Source: an uncultured Clostridia bacterium
Lineage (GTDB): Bacteria; Bacillota; Clostridia; Christensenellales; UBA1242
Direction: 5' to 3'
NCBI GenBank assembly: GCA_947629145.1
Contig: CANRCQ010000001.1
Span: forward strand, 1-59,875
Length of the DNA: 59,875 nt
In this document: piece by piece, positions 19,476 to 28,792 of the stretch
How positions within the stretch are numbered: position 1 is the first letter of the stretch
Layout: every line of letters starts with the position of its first letter
Made by a program: the position numbers and the translations under genes
Notes under the pieces: model-generated
What the model was told of the DNA's origin: nothing
Database searches by the model: none
Seen by the model: only the letters and a program-made list of their open reading frames with translations

Positions 19476-20543
19476 TTGGTTAGTGAATTAGAAAAATTTT
19501 TAGTTTTGATGTCAATGCACGAAATTTCATATAAGAAGCAGGAAGAACTTTTGGACACAGTAAAACCGCTTTCGCTTGACAAAGTTTTTGAAAATCCAAA
19601 TGGCATTTTATCGACCGAAGAAGTTATAAAAATCGCCGCTGACTTTGACGAAACAACATTTGTTGCAAGCATTGAAAACATGAAAAACAGCGGCATTGAA
19701 ATCTTGACTATTGAAAGCGAAGATTATCCAGAAAGTTTGATAAATCTTCCAGAGCGACCGCTTATTTTATATGCCAAAGGGGACTTGTCACTGCTGAAAA
19801 AGGATTGCTTTTCAATAGTCGGCACTCGAATGCCATCTTCTTATGGAAAGATTGTCACAGAGCGCTTTGCAAAGGAACTTGCCGAAAGCGGATTTGTGAT
19901 TGTCAGTGGCCTTTGTTATGGAGTTGACCAGATTTCACACAGAATGGCGCTTGATGCTGGTGGAAAGACGATTGCCGTTGTTGCAAGTGGCTTCAATAAA
20001 ATCTACCCACAAACTAATTTTGTTTTGGCGCAGGAAATTGTCGAAAAGGGCTTGCTTTTAAGTGAATATCCGCCATCTTTTTCTGCAAAGAAATACACTT
20101 TCCCACGGCGCAACCGAATTATTGCAGGGCTTGGCAAGGGTGTTCTTATCACAGAAGCGGCTTTTAAAAGTGGCACAACTCACACAAAGGAATTTGCCCT
20201 TGAATATGGAAGGGATGTCTTTGCAGTTCCTGGGAATATAACAAGTGAAAAGAGTCAACTTACAAATCATATAATAAAAACTGCGCAAGGCGAATGTGTG
20301 CTTGAACCGAAGGATATTTTAGAGTTTTATGGCATGGAAGCAAAGGCTAAGAAAACAAAAGTTGAAACCCTGTCCTTTGATGAAAAGGCAATTGTGGATT
20401 TGCTTGAAGGGGAGCCGCGTGATTTTGACTATTTGGCAAAAAAAAGCAATATTCCTGTGAATATTTTAAACAGTTGTTTGACAACTTTGGAAATTCGTGG
20501 TTTAATAAGAAAGTTGCCAGCGCAAATGTATGCACTAATTTAA
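19476..20543 (+). CDS. dprA: DNA-processing protein DprA
   Basis: IVGTR..S.YG, SGLCYGVD and GNITSEKS..TN motifs. TTG 19476 lies 6 nt after AAGGAG. The ORF-track start is inside comM. Confidence 0.85.
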   Translation: MVSELEKFLVLMSMHEISYKKQEELLDTVKPLSLDKVFENPNGILSTEEVIKIAADFDETTFVASIENMKNSGIEILTIESEDYPESLINLPERPLILYAKGDLSLLKKDCFSIVGTRMPSSYGKIVTERFAKELAESGFVIVSGLCYGVDQISHRMALDAGGKTIAVVASGFNKIYPQTNFVLAQEIVEKGLLLSEYPPSFSAKKYTFPRRNRIIAGLGKGVLITEAAFKSGTTHTKEFALEYGRDVFAVPGNITSEKSQLTNHIIKTAQGECVLEPKDILEFYGMEAKAKKTKVETLSFDEKAIVDLLEGEPRDFDYLAKKSNIPVNILNSCLTTLEIRGLIRKLPAQMYALI

Positions 20544-20556
20544 AAGGAGTTTTAAT

Positions 20557-22623
20557 TTGAAACTTGTAGTAATCGAAGCCCCAGCAAAAAGGGACACATT
20601 AAAAAAATATCTTGGAAATGGTTATGAAGTGTTTGCGACAAAAGGGCATATTCGTGATTTGCCAGCAAAGTCGTTTTCAATTGACCTTAACAACAACTAT
20701 GAACCACACTATGAAATCAATCCAGATAAAAAGCAACTTATTGCAGACCTTAAAAAGAAGGCAGGTGGGGCTGACGAAGTTTTAATCGCAACCGACCCTG
20801 ATAGAGAAGGGGAAGCAATTTCATGGCACGTTGCATATGTTTTGGGACTTGACCCAAACAAGAAATGCCGAATTGAGTTTAACGAAATTTCAAAAAAGGC
20901 GGTTTTGAAGGCGCTTGAACAGCCGCGTGCAATCGACCTTAATCTTGTCAATGCACAGCAAGCAAGACGCGTTTTGGACAGAATTGTGGGCTATAAACTT
21001 TCGCCTATTCTTTCAAGGAAAATCTCTCCAAAACTCAGCGCAGGAAGGGTGCAGTCTGTTGCACTTAAACTTGTTGTTGACAGAGAAGTTGAAATTGAAA
21101 ACTTTAAGCCAGAAGAATATTGGGTTGTTTCGGCAATGCACGAAAAAAGCAACATAAAGTTTAAATCGACACTTACAAATTATAAGAACAAAAAGATTAA
21201 ACTTTCTTCAAAGGAAGATGTTGACAAAGCCCTTGGCGAAATTAAAGATAAGGATTTTGTTGTTGAAAACATCAAACGCACAAAGACAAAATCTCATGCA
21301 CCAGCGCCATTTACAACATCCACAATGCAACAAGACGCACTCAATAAACTTGGCATGAGCCTTAAAAAAACAACAATGTGCGCACAAGAACTTTATGAAG
21401 GCGTTGAAGTTAAGGGCGAAGGCAAAATCGCACTTATCACTTATATTAGAACAGACTCAACGCGTGTTTCAGTTGATGCACAGAATGCGTGCTTAGATTT
21501 TATCGCACAAAAATATGGCAAAGACTATGTCCCAGAAAAGCCAAATATCTATGCAAGCAAACAAAATGCACAAGATGCGCACGAAGCGATAAGACCTATT
21601 TCTTTGCAAGTGACACCAGAAATGGTTAAAGACAGTTTGACAAAAGACAATTACAGACTTTACAAACTCATCTATGAACGCTTTGTTGCAAGCCAAATGA
21701 AAGAAGCAGAATATTCAAATGTGAATGTTTCGATAAATGCAGGCGACTACAATTTCAAATCGGTTGGAAAGACCTTGGAATTTGCTGGATTTACGGCCGT
21801 TTACAAGGAATACACCGATGAAGATAAGGAAGAAAAAGACGGCTCGAAACTTCCTAAATTGGAAGAGAAAGAAGTTTTGAATGTGGCTGAAATTAAACAA
21901 GAACAAAAATTCACAAAGCCACCACTTCGCTTTACAGAAGCAAGCCTTGTAAAAGCCATGGAAGAGAAGGGAATTGGAAGACCTGCAACTTATGCCGCCA
22001 CAATCACACTTTTGACGGCAAGAAACTATTGTTCAAAAGACGGAAAATATCTTGTTCCAACCGAACTTGGAAGGAAGATAACCGTTTATCTAGAAAAGTT
22101 TTTCAGCGGAGTTATCAATGTGAAATTCACCGCTCACATGGAAAACCGACTTGACGATATTGCAGAAAATAAAGACGATTGGCACAGTGTTGTTGACAGT
22201 TTCTGGAACGGCTTTAAGGGGCTTTTGCAGAATGCTGATTCAAGCGGAGTTTCGCTTAAAGCAGAGCCTGTTGAAACAGATGTTATCTGTGATAAATGTG
22301 GGCATAAAATGCTTTTAAGAGAAGGCCGTTTTGGAAAATTTTTGGGTTGTTCAAACTTCCCAAAATGCAAGAATGTTATGCCTTATGAACAGGATGCGAA
22401 AAAGCCTGTTGGAGTTTGTCCAAACTGCGGAAAGAAAGTTTTTGCGGTTAAGAGTAAGCGCGGAAAAACTTTCTATGCGTGCGAAGACAGAACCGGCTGC
22501 AACTTTATGAGTTGGGATATTCCAACAGGAAAAGTTTGCCCTAAATGTGGCAAATATATGATAAGAAAAGGCAAGATTGAAAAATGTTCTGCTTGCGACT
22601 ACAAGGTGGATGCGAATGTTTGA
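20557..22623 (+). CDS. topA: DNA topoisomerase I
   Basis: TOPRIM domain (LVVIEAPAKRDT..., ATDPDREGEAISWH) and C-terminal CxxC zinc ribbons. TTG start after AAGGAG. Confidence 0.95.
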   Translation: MKLVVIEAPAKRDTLKKYLGNGYEVFATKGHIRDLPAKSFSIDLNNNYEPHYEINPDKKQLIADLKKKAGGADEVLIATDPDREGEAISWHVAYVLGLDPNKKCRIEFNEISKKAVLKALEQPRAIDLNLVNAQQARRVLDRIVGYKLSPILSRKISPKLSAGRVQSVALKLVVDREVEIENFKPEEYWVVSAMHEKSNIKFKSTLTNYKNKKIKLSSKEDVDKALGEIKDKDFVVENIKRTKTKSHAPAPFTTSTMQQDALNKLGMSLKKTTMCAQELYEGVEVKGEGKIALITYIRTDSTRVSVDAQNACLDFIAQKYGKDYVPEKPNIYASKQNAQDAHEAIRPISLQVTPEMVKDSLTKDNYRLYKLIYERFVASQMKEAEYSNVNVSINAGDYNFKSVGKTLEFAGFTAVYKEYTDEDKEEKDGSKLPKLEEKEVLNVAEIKQEQKFTKPPLRFTEASLVKAMEEKGIGRPATYAATITLLTARNYCSKDGKYLVPTELGRKITVYLEKFFSGVINVKFTAHMENRLDDIAENKDDWHSVVDSFWNGFKGLLQNADSSGVSLKAEPVETDVICDKCGHKMLLREGRFGKFLGCSNFPKCKNVMPYEQDAKKPVGVCPNCGKKVFAVKSKRGKTFYACEDRTGCNFMSWDIPTGKVCPKCGKYMIRKGKIEKCSACDYKVDANV

Positions 22624-23860
22624 AAGTCTGTCGAATAGAAAAACAATTAAAATAATTGGATGTGGACTTGCAGGGGCTGAAGTTGCCTTTATTTTGGCTA
22701 ACAACGGCTTTAATGTTCACATTTTCGACAACGGACAAAATTTGCCAAGCAAGTCTTTTGACTATTATGACGAATATCAAACTTTTTTGACGGAAAATAT
22801 GCTTGATGAACTTGACTTGTTAAACAGCCCACTTCTTGCGCTTGCAAAAAAATATGGATATGAAAACTTTGGATTTTTGTATAGTTATGATTTTATGAAA
22901 AAGGTGAGAAGTGAACTTGAAAATCATCCGCACATACATATTTTTGATGCAGAGATTGACGAGATAAATGAAACTGAGCCGACCATTATTGCAACAGGTC
23001 ACAACACAAGCATGGGGCTTGTGAAGGCAGTTGAAAAATTGATTGGCCAACTTCATATGTGTTTTTATCAGCCGCAACTTGTTGCGATTGATGAAGCAAG
23101 CCTTGATAAAAACAAGATAAATTTTATAAATCAACGCGACTGTTTTGTAAATCTCACAGAAAGGGAATATAACCAAGTTGTAAGCAAAATCTTGGAATTT
23201 GATAAAAACTACGATAAAATTGACGGAGAAAAACAAATCACAATTGAAAACATGGCGCAGATGAGTGACCTTGCACTTAGAAATTCATTTTTCAGGCCAC
23301 ACTTTGCACAGGACAAGCCTTATGCAAGTTTAAAAATGTCATACATGATTGGACAAAAAGTCTTTTTATTGGATGACTTTGTGTCCGCACTATCAAACGA
23401 AGAACAAGCGGAAATTTTAAATTGCATCGATGCATTAAAGGGCTGTAAAATTTTGCGTTTTTCTTCAGTAAGACGCACGACTTATCTTCTTGCACCATCT
23501 TGTTTAAACCAAAATATGCAGTTAAAAGCCAATCCAAACATATTTGTTTGTGGTGGATTTGCAGGAACGGCAGGAAGTTTTGAAACACTTTTGATGGCAA
23601 ATTATTGCGCTTACAACGTGATTTGTCACTTTTTCAGGCGCTATGGGGTGGAATTTTTGGCTGAAAAAACCTGTATTTCAAAAATTTTGCAAAATTTACT
23701 TGAAAAAAGTGTTGTAAAGTTTAGGTTAATCACTTTGAAATATGATATAATTAAACTAGAAGATTTAGAAGTATTAAAAAAAGAAGTCGAAAATCAAAGA
23801 GAATTATCTAAATCACAAATCGAAAAATTTAAGGAGAAATTTTATGGAAACTATTTTTAG
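22616..23860 (+). CDS. highly diverged TrmFO (Gid)-like flavoprotein
   Basis: Rossmann fold IKIIGCGLAGAEVAF, PTIIATGHNTS and FVCGGFAGTAGSFE align with TrmFO, and the topA-trmFO-hslVU synteny supports orthology. The catalytic-Cys regions look degenerate. Confidence 0.6.
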   Translation: MFESLSNRKTIKIIGCGLAGAEVAFILANNGFNVHIFDNGQNLPSKSFDYYDEYQTFLTENMLDELDLLNSPLLALAKKYGYENFGFLYSYDFMKKVRSELENHPHIHIFDAEIDEINETEPTIIATGHNTSMGLVKAVEKLIGQLHMCFYQPQLVAIDEASLDKNKINFINQRDCFVNLTEREYNQVVSKILEFDKNYDKIDGEKQITIENMAQMSDLALRNSFFRPHFAQDKPYASLKMSYMIGQKVFLLDDFVSALSNEEQAEILNCIDALKGCKILRFSSVRRTTYLLAPSCLNQNMQLKANPNIFVCGGFAGTAGSFETLLMANYCAYNVICHFFRRYGVEFLAEKTCISKILQNLLEKSVVKFRLITLKYDIIKLEDLEVLKKEVENQRELSKSQIEKFKEKFYGNYF

Positions 23861-24383
23861 AGGCACAACAATTTGCGCTGTTAAACGTGACGGAAAAATT
23901 GCTGTTGCTGGGGATGGACAGGTTACAATGCAAAATTCCATCATCTTTAAAAACAACGCAAAAAAGGTTAGAAGAATTTACAACAACAGTGTTGTTGTTG
24001 GCTTTGCAGGAAGCGTTGCAGACGCATTTTCTTTGAGCGAAAGATTTGAAGGTATGCTCAATAAATTTGCAGGGAACCTTATGAGAAGTGCTGTTGAACT
24101 TGCACAAACTTGGCGTGAAGACAAGGCGGCAAGACAACTTGAAGCAATGATGATTGTTGCTGACAAAAATCAAGTTTTGATTCTTGACGGCGCCGGAAAT
24201 GTGATAGAGCCACAAGACGGAATTTGTGCTATTGGCTCTGGCGGAAACTATGCGCTTGCTGCGGCAAGGGCTTTGCAACAAAACACAGAATTTTCCGCAA
24301 GTGAAATTGCATTTAAGGCACTTAAAATTGCAAGCGAAATTTGCGTTTTCACAAACGATAACATCATTGTGGAAGAACTTTAA
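23844..24383 (+). CDS. hslV: ATP-dependent protease subunit HslV
   Basis: METIFRG-TTICAVKRDGKIAVAGDGQVT... The start overlaps the preceding gene by 17 nt. Confidence 0.9.
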   Translation: METIFRGTTICAVKRDGKIAVAGDGQVTMQNSIIFKNNAKKVRRIYNNSVVVGFAGSVADAFSLSERFEGMLNKFAGNLMRSAVELAQTWREDKAARQLEAMMIVADKNQVLILDGAGNVIEPQDGICAIGSGGNYALAAARALQQNTEFSASEIAFKALKIASEICVFTNDNIIVEEL

Positions 24384-24394
24384 AGGGGGATATT

Positions 24395-25690
24395 ATGAAT
24401 TACACACCAAAACAGATTGTAACTGAACTTGACAAATATATTATTGGTCAAACAAAGGCTAAGAAGGCGGTTGCAGTTGCACTTAGAAACAGATACAGAA
24501 GAAGCCGTCTTTCTCCTGAAATGAGAAGCGAAATCACTCCAAAAAACATTGTTATGAGTGGACCAACTGGGGTTGGTAAAACGGAAATTGCAAGAAGGCT
24601 TGCAAAACTTGTTGGCGCGCCGTTTGTAAAGGTTGAAGCCACAAAATACACCGAAGTTGGCTATGTAGGGCGCGATGTTGAAAGCATGGTTCGTGACCTT
24701 GTTGAAGTTGCCGTTAGAATGGTTAAGGACAACAAAAAACACGAAGTTGAAGCCAAGGTTATGCCACTTGTTGAAAACAGGCTTGTTGATGCACTTTTCC
24801 AAAACAGACGCGTGACAACGGTTGAAGTTAATCGTGATATGTTGTTTGAAGAACTTCATTCTGGAAAATGCGAAGATGAGATTGTGGAAGTTGTTGTTTT
24901 AGACACTCCAAAGCCAATCATGGCACTTGGCGGAAACGAAATATCACTTGGTTCTATGTTTGATGGGCTTAATCCACCAAAACACAAAAAGAAAAAGATG
25001 ACTGTAAAACACGCAAGAGATGTGCTTTTACAAGAAGAAAGTGAAAAGATAATCGACATGGACAATGTCAATGAAGAAGCGATTGCTTTGGCGGAAGAAC
25101 AGGGCATAATCTTCATTGATGAAATCGACAAAATCATTGGCAAAAGCCAAGCCACAAACAGCGCAGATGTTTCCAGAGAAGGCGTGCAAAGAGATATTTT
25201 GCCAATCGTTGAAGGAAGCACAGTTCCAACAAAATATGGCAATGTGAAAACTGACTTTATTTTGTTTATTGCGGCAGGGGCTTTTCATGTATCTAAAATG
25301 GAAGATATGATTCCAGAACTTCAAGGGCGTTTTCCAATAAGGGTTGAACTTGAAAGTTTGACAAAAGATGATTTCAAAAAGATTTTAACAACTCCAAAAA
25401 ATGCGGTGACAGTTCAATATTCAAATCTTTTGAAAGTTGACAACATAAATCTTGTATTTAAAGAAGACGCTTTAGATGAAATTGCCGAAATGGCAGCAAG
25501 AGAAAATGAAACGAGCGAAGATTTGGGAGCAAGAAGACTTCACACAATTATGGAAGCACTTTTGGAAGATGTTTCATTCAATGCCACTGGCGAACATCCA
25601 ATGCTTGATATATTGATTGACAAAAACTATGTTTTAAGTGTGTTTAAAGATAGACAATCTAAATACGACCTTAAAAAATATGTTTTATAA
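24395..25690 (+). CDS. hslU: ATP-dependent protease ATPase subunit HslU
   Basis: TPKQIVTELDKYIIGQ..AK and Walker A GPTGVGKTEIARRLA. Confidence 0.95.
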   Translation: MNYTPKQIVTELDKYIIGQTKAKKAVAVALRNRYRRSRLSPEMRSEITPKNIVMSGPTGVGKTEIARRLAKLVGAPFVKVEATKYTEVGYVGRDVESMVRDLVEVAVRMVKDNKKHEVEAKVMPLVENRLVDALFQNRRVTTVEVNRDMLFEELHSGKCEDEIVEVVVLDTPKPIMALGGNEISLGSMFDGLNPPKHKKKKMTVKHARDVLLQEESEKIIDMDNVNEEAIALAEEQGIIFIDEIDKIIGKSQATNSADVSREGVQRDILPIVEGSTVPTKYGNVKTDFILFIAAGAFHVSKMEDMIPELQGRFPIRVELESLTKDDFKKILTTPKNAVTVQYSNLLKVDNINLVFKEDALDEIAEMAARENETSEDLGARRLHTIMEALLEDVSFNATGEHPMLDILIDKNYVLSVFKDRQSKYDLKKYVL

Positions 25691-25691
25691 T

Positions 25692-25742
25692 ACATTTTGT
25701 GGTGTTATGTCACAAAATTATTGCATAACACCACAATATATT
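25692..25742. repeat. palindromic intergenic element, copy 3 (variant arms)
   Basis: Perfect 13-bp inverted repeat TTGTGGTGTTATG (25697-25709) / CATAACACCACAA (25724-25736) with ATAT flanks. Confidence 0.75.
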
Positions 25743-25757
25743 GATTAAAGGAAGAAT

Positions 25758-26438
25758 ATGTGGACAGATAGAACAAAGATTTTAATAGGCGAAAATGGGC
25801 TTGATTTGCTTGAAAAAGCAAATGTTGCAGTGATTGGTGTTGGCGGAGTTGGCGGTTATGTTGTCACAATGCTTGCTCGATGTGGAGTTGGCAATCTCAC
25901 AATAGTTGATTTTGATACTGTCGATGAAACAAATATAAATCGTCAAATTGTTGCAAACTCTAAAACTGTAGGACAAGTTAAAGTTGAAGTTTTAAAAGAA
26001 ATGCTTTTAAATATCAATCCAAAAATCAAAATTGATGCCGTGCAAAAACGCATTTCAAAGGACAATCTATGTGACATTATTTCTTCTAAATTCGACTATG
26101 TTGTCGATTGCATTGATTCTGTCACAGACAAGGTGGAACTCATTTGTTTTTGTAAACAAAACGGCATAAACATTGTGTCCGCAATGGGTGCTGGAAATCG
26201 AATAGAAATTCCAAACTTTCAAGTTGTTGATATTTATAAAACTTGCAATGACGGACTTGCCAAAGTGATGCGGAAAAAACTTAGAGAACGTGCTGTTGAA
26301 TCTTTGGATGTTGTGACATCAACTCAACTTCCAATTAAACATTCACAAAGCGAAGTTGGAAGCATTGCTTATCAGCCGGCTATGTGCGGCATGGTTGTGT
26401 CAGCTTTTGTTGTAAATAAACTTTTAAAAGGAGTTTAA
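25758..26438 (+). CDS. tcdA: tRNA threonylcarbamoyladenosine dehydratase (ThiF/MoeB-fold, TcdA-like)
   Basis: VAVIGVGGVGGYVVTMLARCGVGNLTIVDFDTVDETNINRQ. Confidence 0.8.
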   Translation: MWTDRTKILIGENGLDLLEKANVAVIGVGGVGGYVVTMLARCGVGNLTIVDFDTVDETNINRQIVANSKTVGQVKVEVLKEMLLNINPKIKIDAVQKRISKDNLCDIISSKFDYVVDCIDSVTDKVELICFCKQNGINIVSAMGAGNRIEIPNFQVVDIYKTCNDGLAKVMRKKLRERAVESLDVVTSTQLPIKHSQSEVGSIAYQPAMCGMVVSAFVVNKLLKGV

Positions 26439-26439
26439 T

Positions 26440-26745
26440 ATGGAAATTATCACAGAAAAAAACTTTAAAGAAAAAACTGCAAAGGGCGTTATTTTAGTCG
26501 ATTTCTTTGCAAATTGGTGTGGGCCTTGCAGAATGATGACTCCAATTTTGGAAGAACTTGCCACAAAAATCCCAGGGGCTTCGTTTTACAAAGTTGACGT
26601 TGACGAAGACGAAAAACTTGCTCGCAGTTTCGGTATTTTAAGCATTCCAACCATGATTTTGTTTGTTGACGGCAAACAGGTTGAAAAACATATTGGACTT
26701 ATATCGAAAACCGACCTTAAAGATATGATAGAAAAACATATCTAA
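26440..26745 (+). CDS. trxA: thioredoxin
   Basis: WCGPC active site, 101 aa. Confidence 0.95.
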   Translation: MEIITEKNFKEKTAKGVILVDFFANWCGPCRMMTPILEELATKIPGASFYKVDVDEDEKLARSFGILSIPTMILFVDGKQVEKHIGLISKTDLKDMIEKHI

Positions 26746-26760
26746 TTTTCTTTTTATCTA

Positions 26761-26789
26761 TTGACAACACATTTTTTTGGTGTTAAAAT
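26761..26789 (+). promoter_or_regulatory. nifS-nifU promoter
   Basis: TTGACA (26761-26766), 17 nt spacer, TAAAAT (26784-26789). The spacer contains the inverted repeat AACAC-N9-GTGTT. Confidence 0.6.
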
Positions 26790-26820
26790 ATAAGTGAATT
26801 TTTATTAAAAGGAAAGGATT

Positions 26821-27999
26821 ATGGAAAGAAAAATTTACTTAGACAACGCATCCACAACTTATGTTTCAAACGAAGTTTTAAACGAGATGATTCCTTGCTT
26901 TAACACAATCTACGGAAACGCAGGAAGTCTTCACAGTTTTGGCCGCGATGCAGTTGCAATCATCGACCGCGCAAGAGACAGAGTTAAAGATGCCATAAAT
27001 GCCAGCAAGGCAAATGAAATCTACTTCACAAGTGGCGGAACGGAAGCAGATAACTGGGCAATTTTAGGGGTTGCTCGTGCAAACGTAAACAAGGGCAAAC
27101 ATATTATTACAAGCAAAATCGAACATCATGCCGTGCTTCATGCTTGCCAGCAACTTGAAAAAGAAGGCTTTGAAGTGACATATTTGCCAGTTGATGAAAA
27201 TGGGCTTGTAAGTTTGCCAGACCTTCTTCATGCAATAAGAAAAGACACAACTTTGATTTCAATCATGACTGTCAACAACGAAGTTGGCACAATTCAAAAC
27301 ATCAAAGCAATTGCAAAAATAGCACATGACTATGGCATTTATTTCCACACAGATGCAGTTCAAGCAATTGGTCATGTAAAAATGGATGTTCAGGATATGG
27401 AAATTGATTTGATGTCAATGTCATCTCACAAAATCCATGGGCCAAAAGGTGTTGGGGCTCTTTACATCAAAAATGGCGTAAGAATTGACAATATCACATA
27501 TGGCGGACAAGACCAAGAACGCGGAAAGCGTGCAGGAACAGAGAATGTTCCAGGAATTGCCGGCTTTGGAAAGGCAATCGAAATTGCTGTTAGAAATCAA
27601 CTTGTAAACAACAGAAAACTCAAAAATATTCGTGATTATTTCCTTGAAAAACTTAAAGAAAAAGTGGAATTTTTCCAGATAAACGGCCATCCACATCAAA
27701 AAAGCAATGCCATCTTAAACATTTCTTTCTACGGAATTGAAGGAGAATCTGTTATGATGCTTCTTGACCTTGCAGGAATTTGTGTTTCAACAGCATCGGC
27801 TTGCACATCAAAATCACTTCTTCCATCACACGTTTTACAAGCAATGGGAGTTCCAGATGAAATTGCACAGGGCTCAATCCGTATTTCCTTTGGAACAAAC
27901 ATTTCAAAGTCAGACGTTGACTATGTTGTAGATGAAATTCAAAAAGTTGTTGCTAAACTTAGGGCAATATCACCAATTCAACCAGGGAGGTTAAACTAA
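26821..27999 (+). CDS. nifS: cysteine desulfurase (NifS/IscS type)
   Basis: Class V aminotransferase with SSHKIHGPKG (PLP Lys) and SASACTS (active Cys). Confidence 0.9.
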   Translation: MERKIYLDNASTTYVSNEVLNEMIPCFNTIYGNAGSLHSFGRDAVAIIDRARDRVKDAINASKANEIYFTSGGTEADNWAILGVARANVNKGKHIITSKIEHHAVLHACQQLEKEGFEVTYLPVDENGLVSLPDLLHAIRKDTTLISIMTVNNEVGTIQNIKAIAKIAHDYGIYFHTDAVQAIGHVKMDVQDMEIDLMSMSSHKIHGPKGVGALYIKNGVRIDNITYGGQDQERGKRAGTENVPGIAGFGKAIEIAVRNQLVNNRKLKNIRDYFLEKLKEKVEFFQINGHPHQKSNAILNISFYGIEGESVMMLLDLAGICVSTASACTSKSLLPSHVLQAMGVPDEIAQGSIRISFGTNISKSDVDYVVDEIQKVVAKLRAISPIQPGRLN

Positions 28000-28403
28000 T
28001 GTATAGTAAAACAGTTATTGACAGATTTCAAAATCCACGTAATGCTGGCGGAATGCATGGCGCAAACGCAATTGGACAAGTGGGAAATGCTGCTTGTGGC
28101 GACATTATGAAGATGTATCTTAAAATCAATGATAATGGCGTCATCGAAAATGCAAAATTCAAAACTTTTGGATGCTGCGCAGCAATTGCTTCAACAGATA
28201 TGGCTTGTGACCTTATAAAAGGAAAAACAATTGATGAAGCACTTAAAGTGACAAACAAAGATGTTTTGAAACTTTTAGGGGAACTTCCACCACATAAAAT
28301 TCACTGCTCACTTATGGCAGAAGAAAGCATTCGTGCAGCAATCGAAGATTATTACAAACGCCGTGAAAAAGAAATCAAAAAAGGCTCAAAGAAAAATGCC
28401 TAA
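27999..28403 (+). CDS. nifU: Fe-S cluster scaffold NifU/IscU-like
   Basis: GNAACGD..., FKTFGCCAAIAS and the conserved Cys triad, 134 aa. Confidence 0.9.
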   Translation: MYSKTVIDRFQNPRNAGGMHGANAIGQVGNAACGDIMKMYLKINDNGVIENAKFKTFGCCAAIASTDMACDLIKGKTIDEALKVTNKDVLKLLGELPPHKIHCSLMAEESIRAAIEDYYKRREKEIKKGSKKNA

Positions 28404-28415
28404 ATTTTCTAAATA

Positions 28416-28450
28416 AAAAAGTCCTTAAAAATTAACAAGGACTTTTTTTT
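28416..28450 (+). terminator. intrinsic terminator after nifU
   Basis: AAAAAGTCCTT-N11-AAGGACTTTTT followed by T8. Confidence 0.8.
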
Positions 28451-28544
28451 ATGATTATATAGAAAAAAGATTTTAAAGAAAAGTAAAATTAAGAAGCAAG
28501 AAAATTTATCAAAAAATGAATAAATAATAAAAAAAGAGCATTTT

Positions 28545-28580
28545 ATTGCATAATACCATATTTTGTAAGTATTATGCACC
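28545..28580. repeat. palindromic element, copy 4 with inverted arm order
   Basis: TGCATAATAC (28547-28556) - 12 nt - GTATTATGCA (28569-28578). The arm sequence is the same as in the other copies but arranged inside-out. Confidence 0.7.
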
Positions 28581-28600
28581 GCCCACCACTATATTTAGCC

Positions 28601-28636
28601 TATCTATTCGTAAAACCTGTCTTTTGCGAATAGATA
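28601..28636. repeat. 36-bp near-perfect palindrome (15-bp arms, 6-bp spacer)
   Basis: TATCTATTCGTAAAA-CCTGTC-TTTTGCGAATAGATA. 14/15 arm positions are complementary (15/15 with G-U if transcribed). Confidence 0.85.
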
Positions 28637-28743
28637 TAAACATGGAAATAACGGCGAAAAAATGTCACCCAAAATATAAATCTCTCTCAATTTTTTAATT
28701 TCAATAAACTTACCCCTATTTTATATTTGTTATTATGAATAAA

Positions 28744-28772
28744 TTGACTTCTTTTTAACTATAAAGTATTAT
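28744..28772 (+). promoter_or_regulatory. promoter of the orphan small ORF
   Basis: TTGACT (28744-28749), 17 nt spacer, TATTAT (28767-28772). Confidence 0.5.
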
Positions 28773-28792
28773 AAATATAAAGGAGAAAAAAT

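Noticed and set aside
28404-28792. A preQ1 or other riboswitch in the long gap next to tgt, and a 23-aa minus-strand ORF starting at 28643.
   Set aside because: I could not identify the preQ1-I/II consensus hairpin plus A-rich tail by eye. The gap is downstream of tgt, not upstream. The mini-ORF has no SD and simply spans the 36-bp palindrome.
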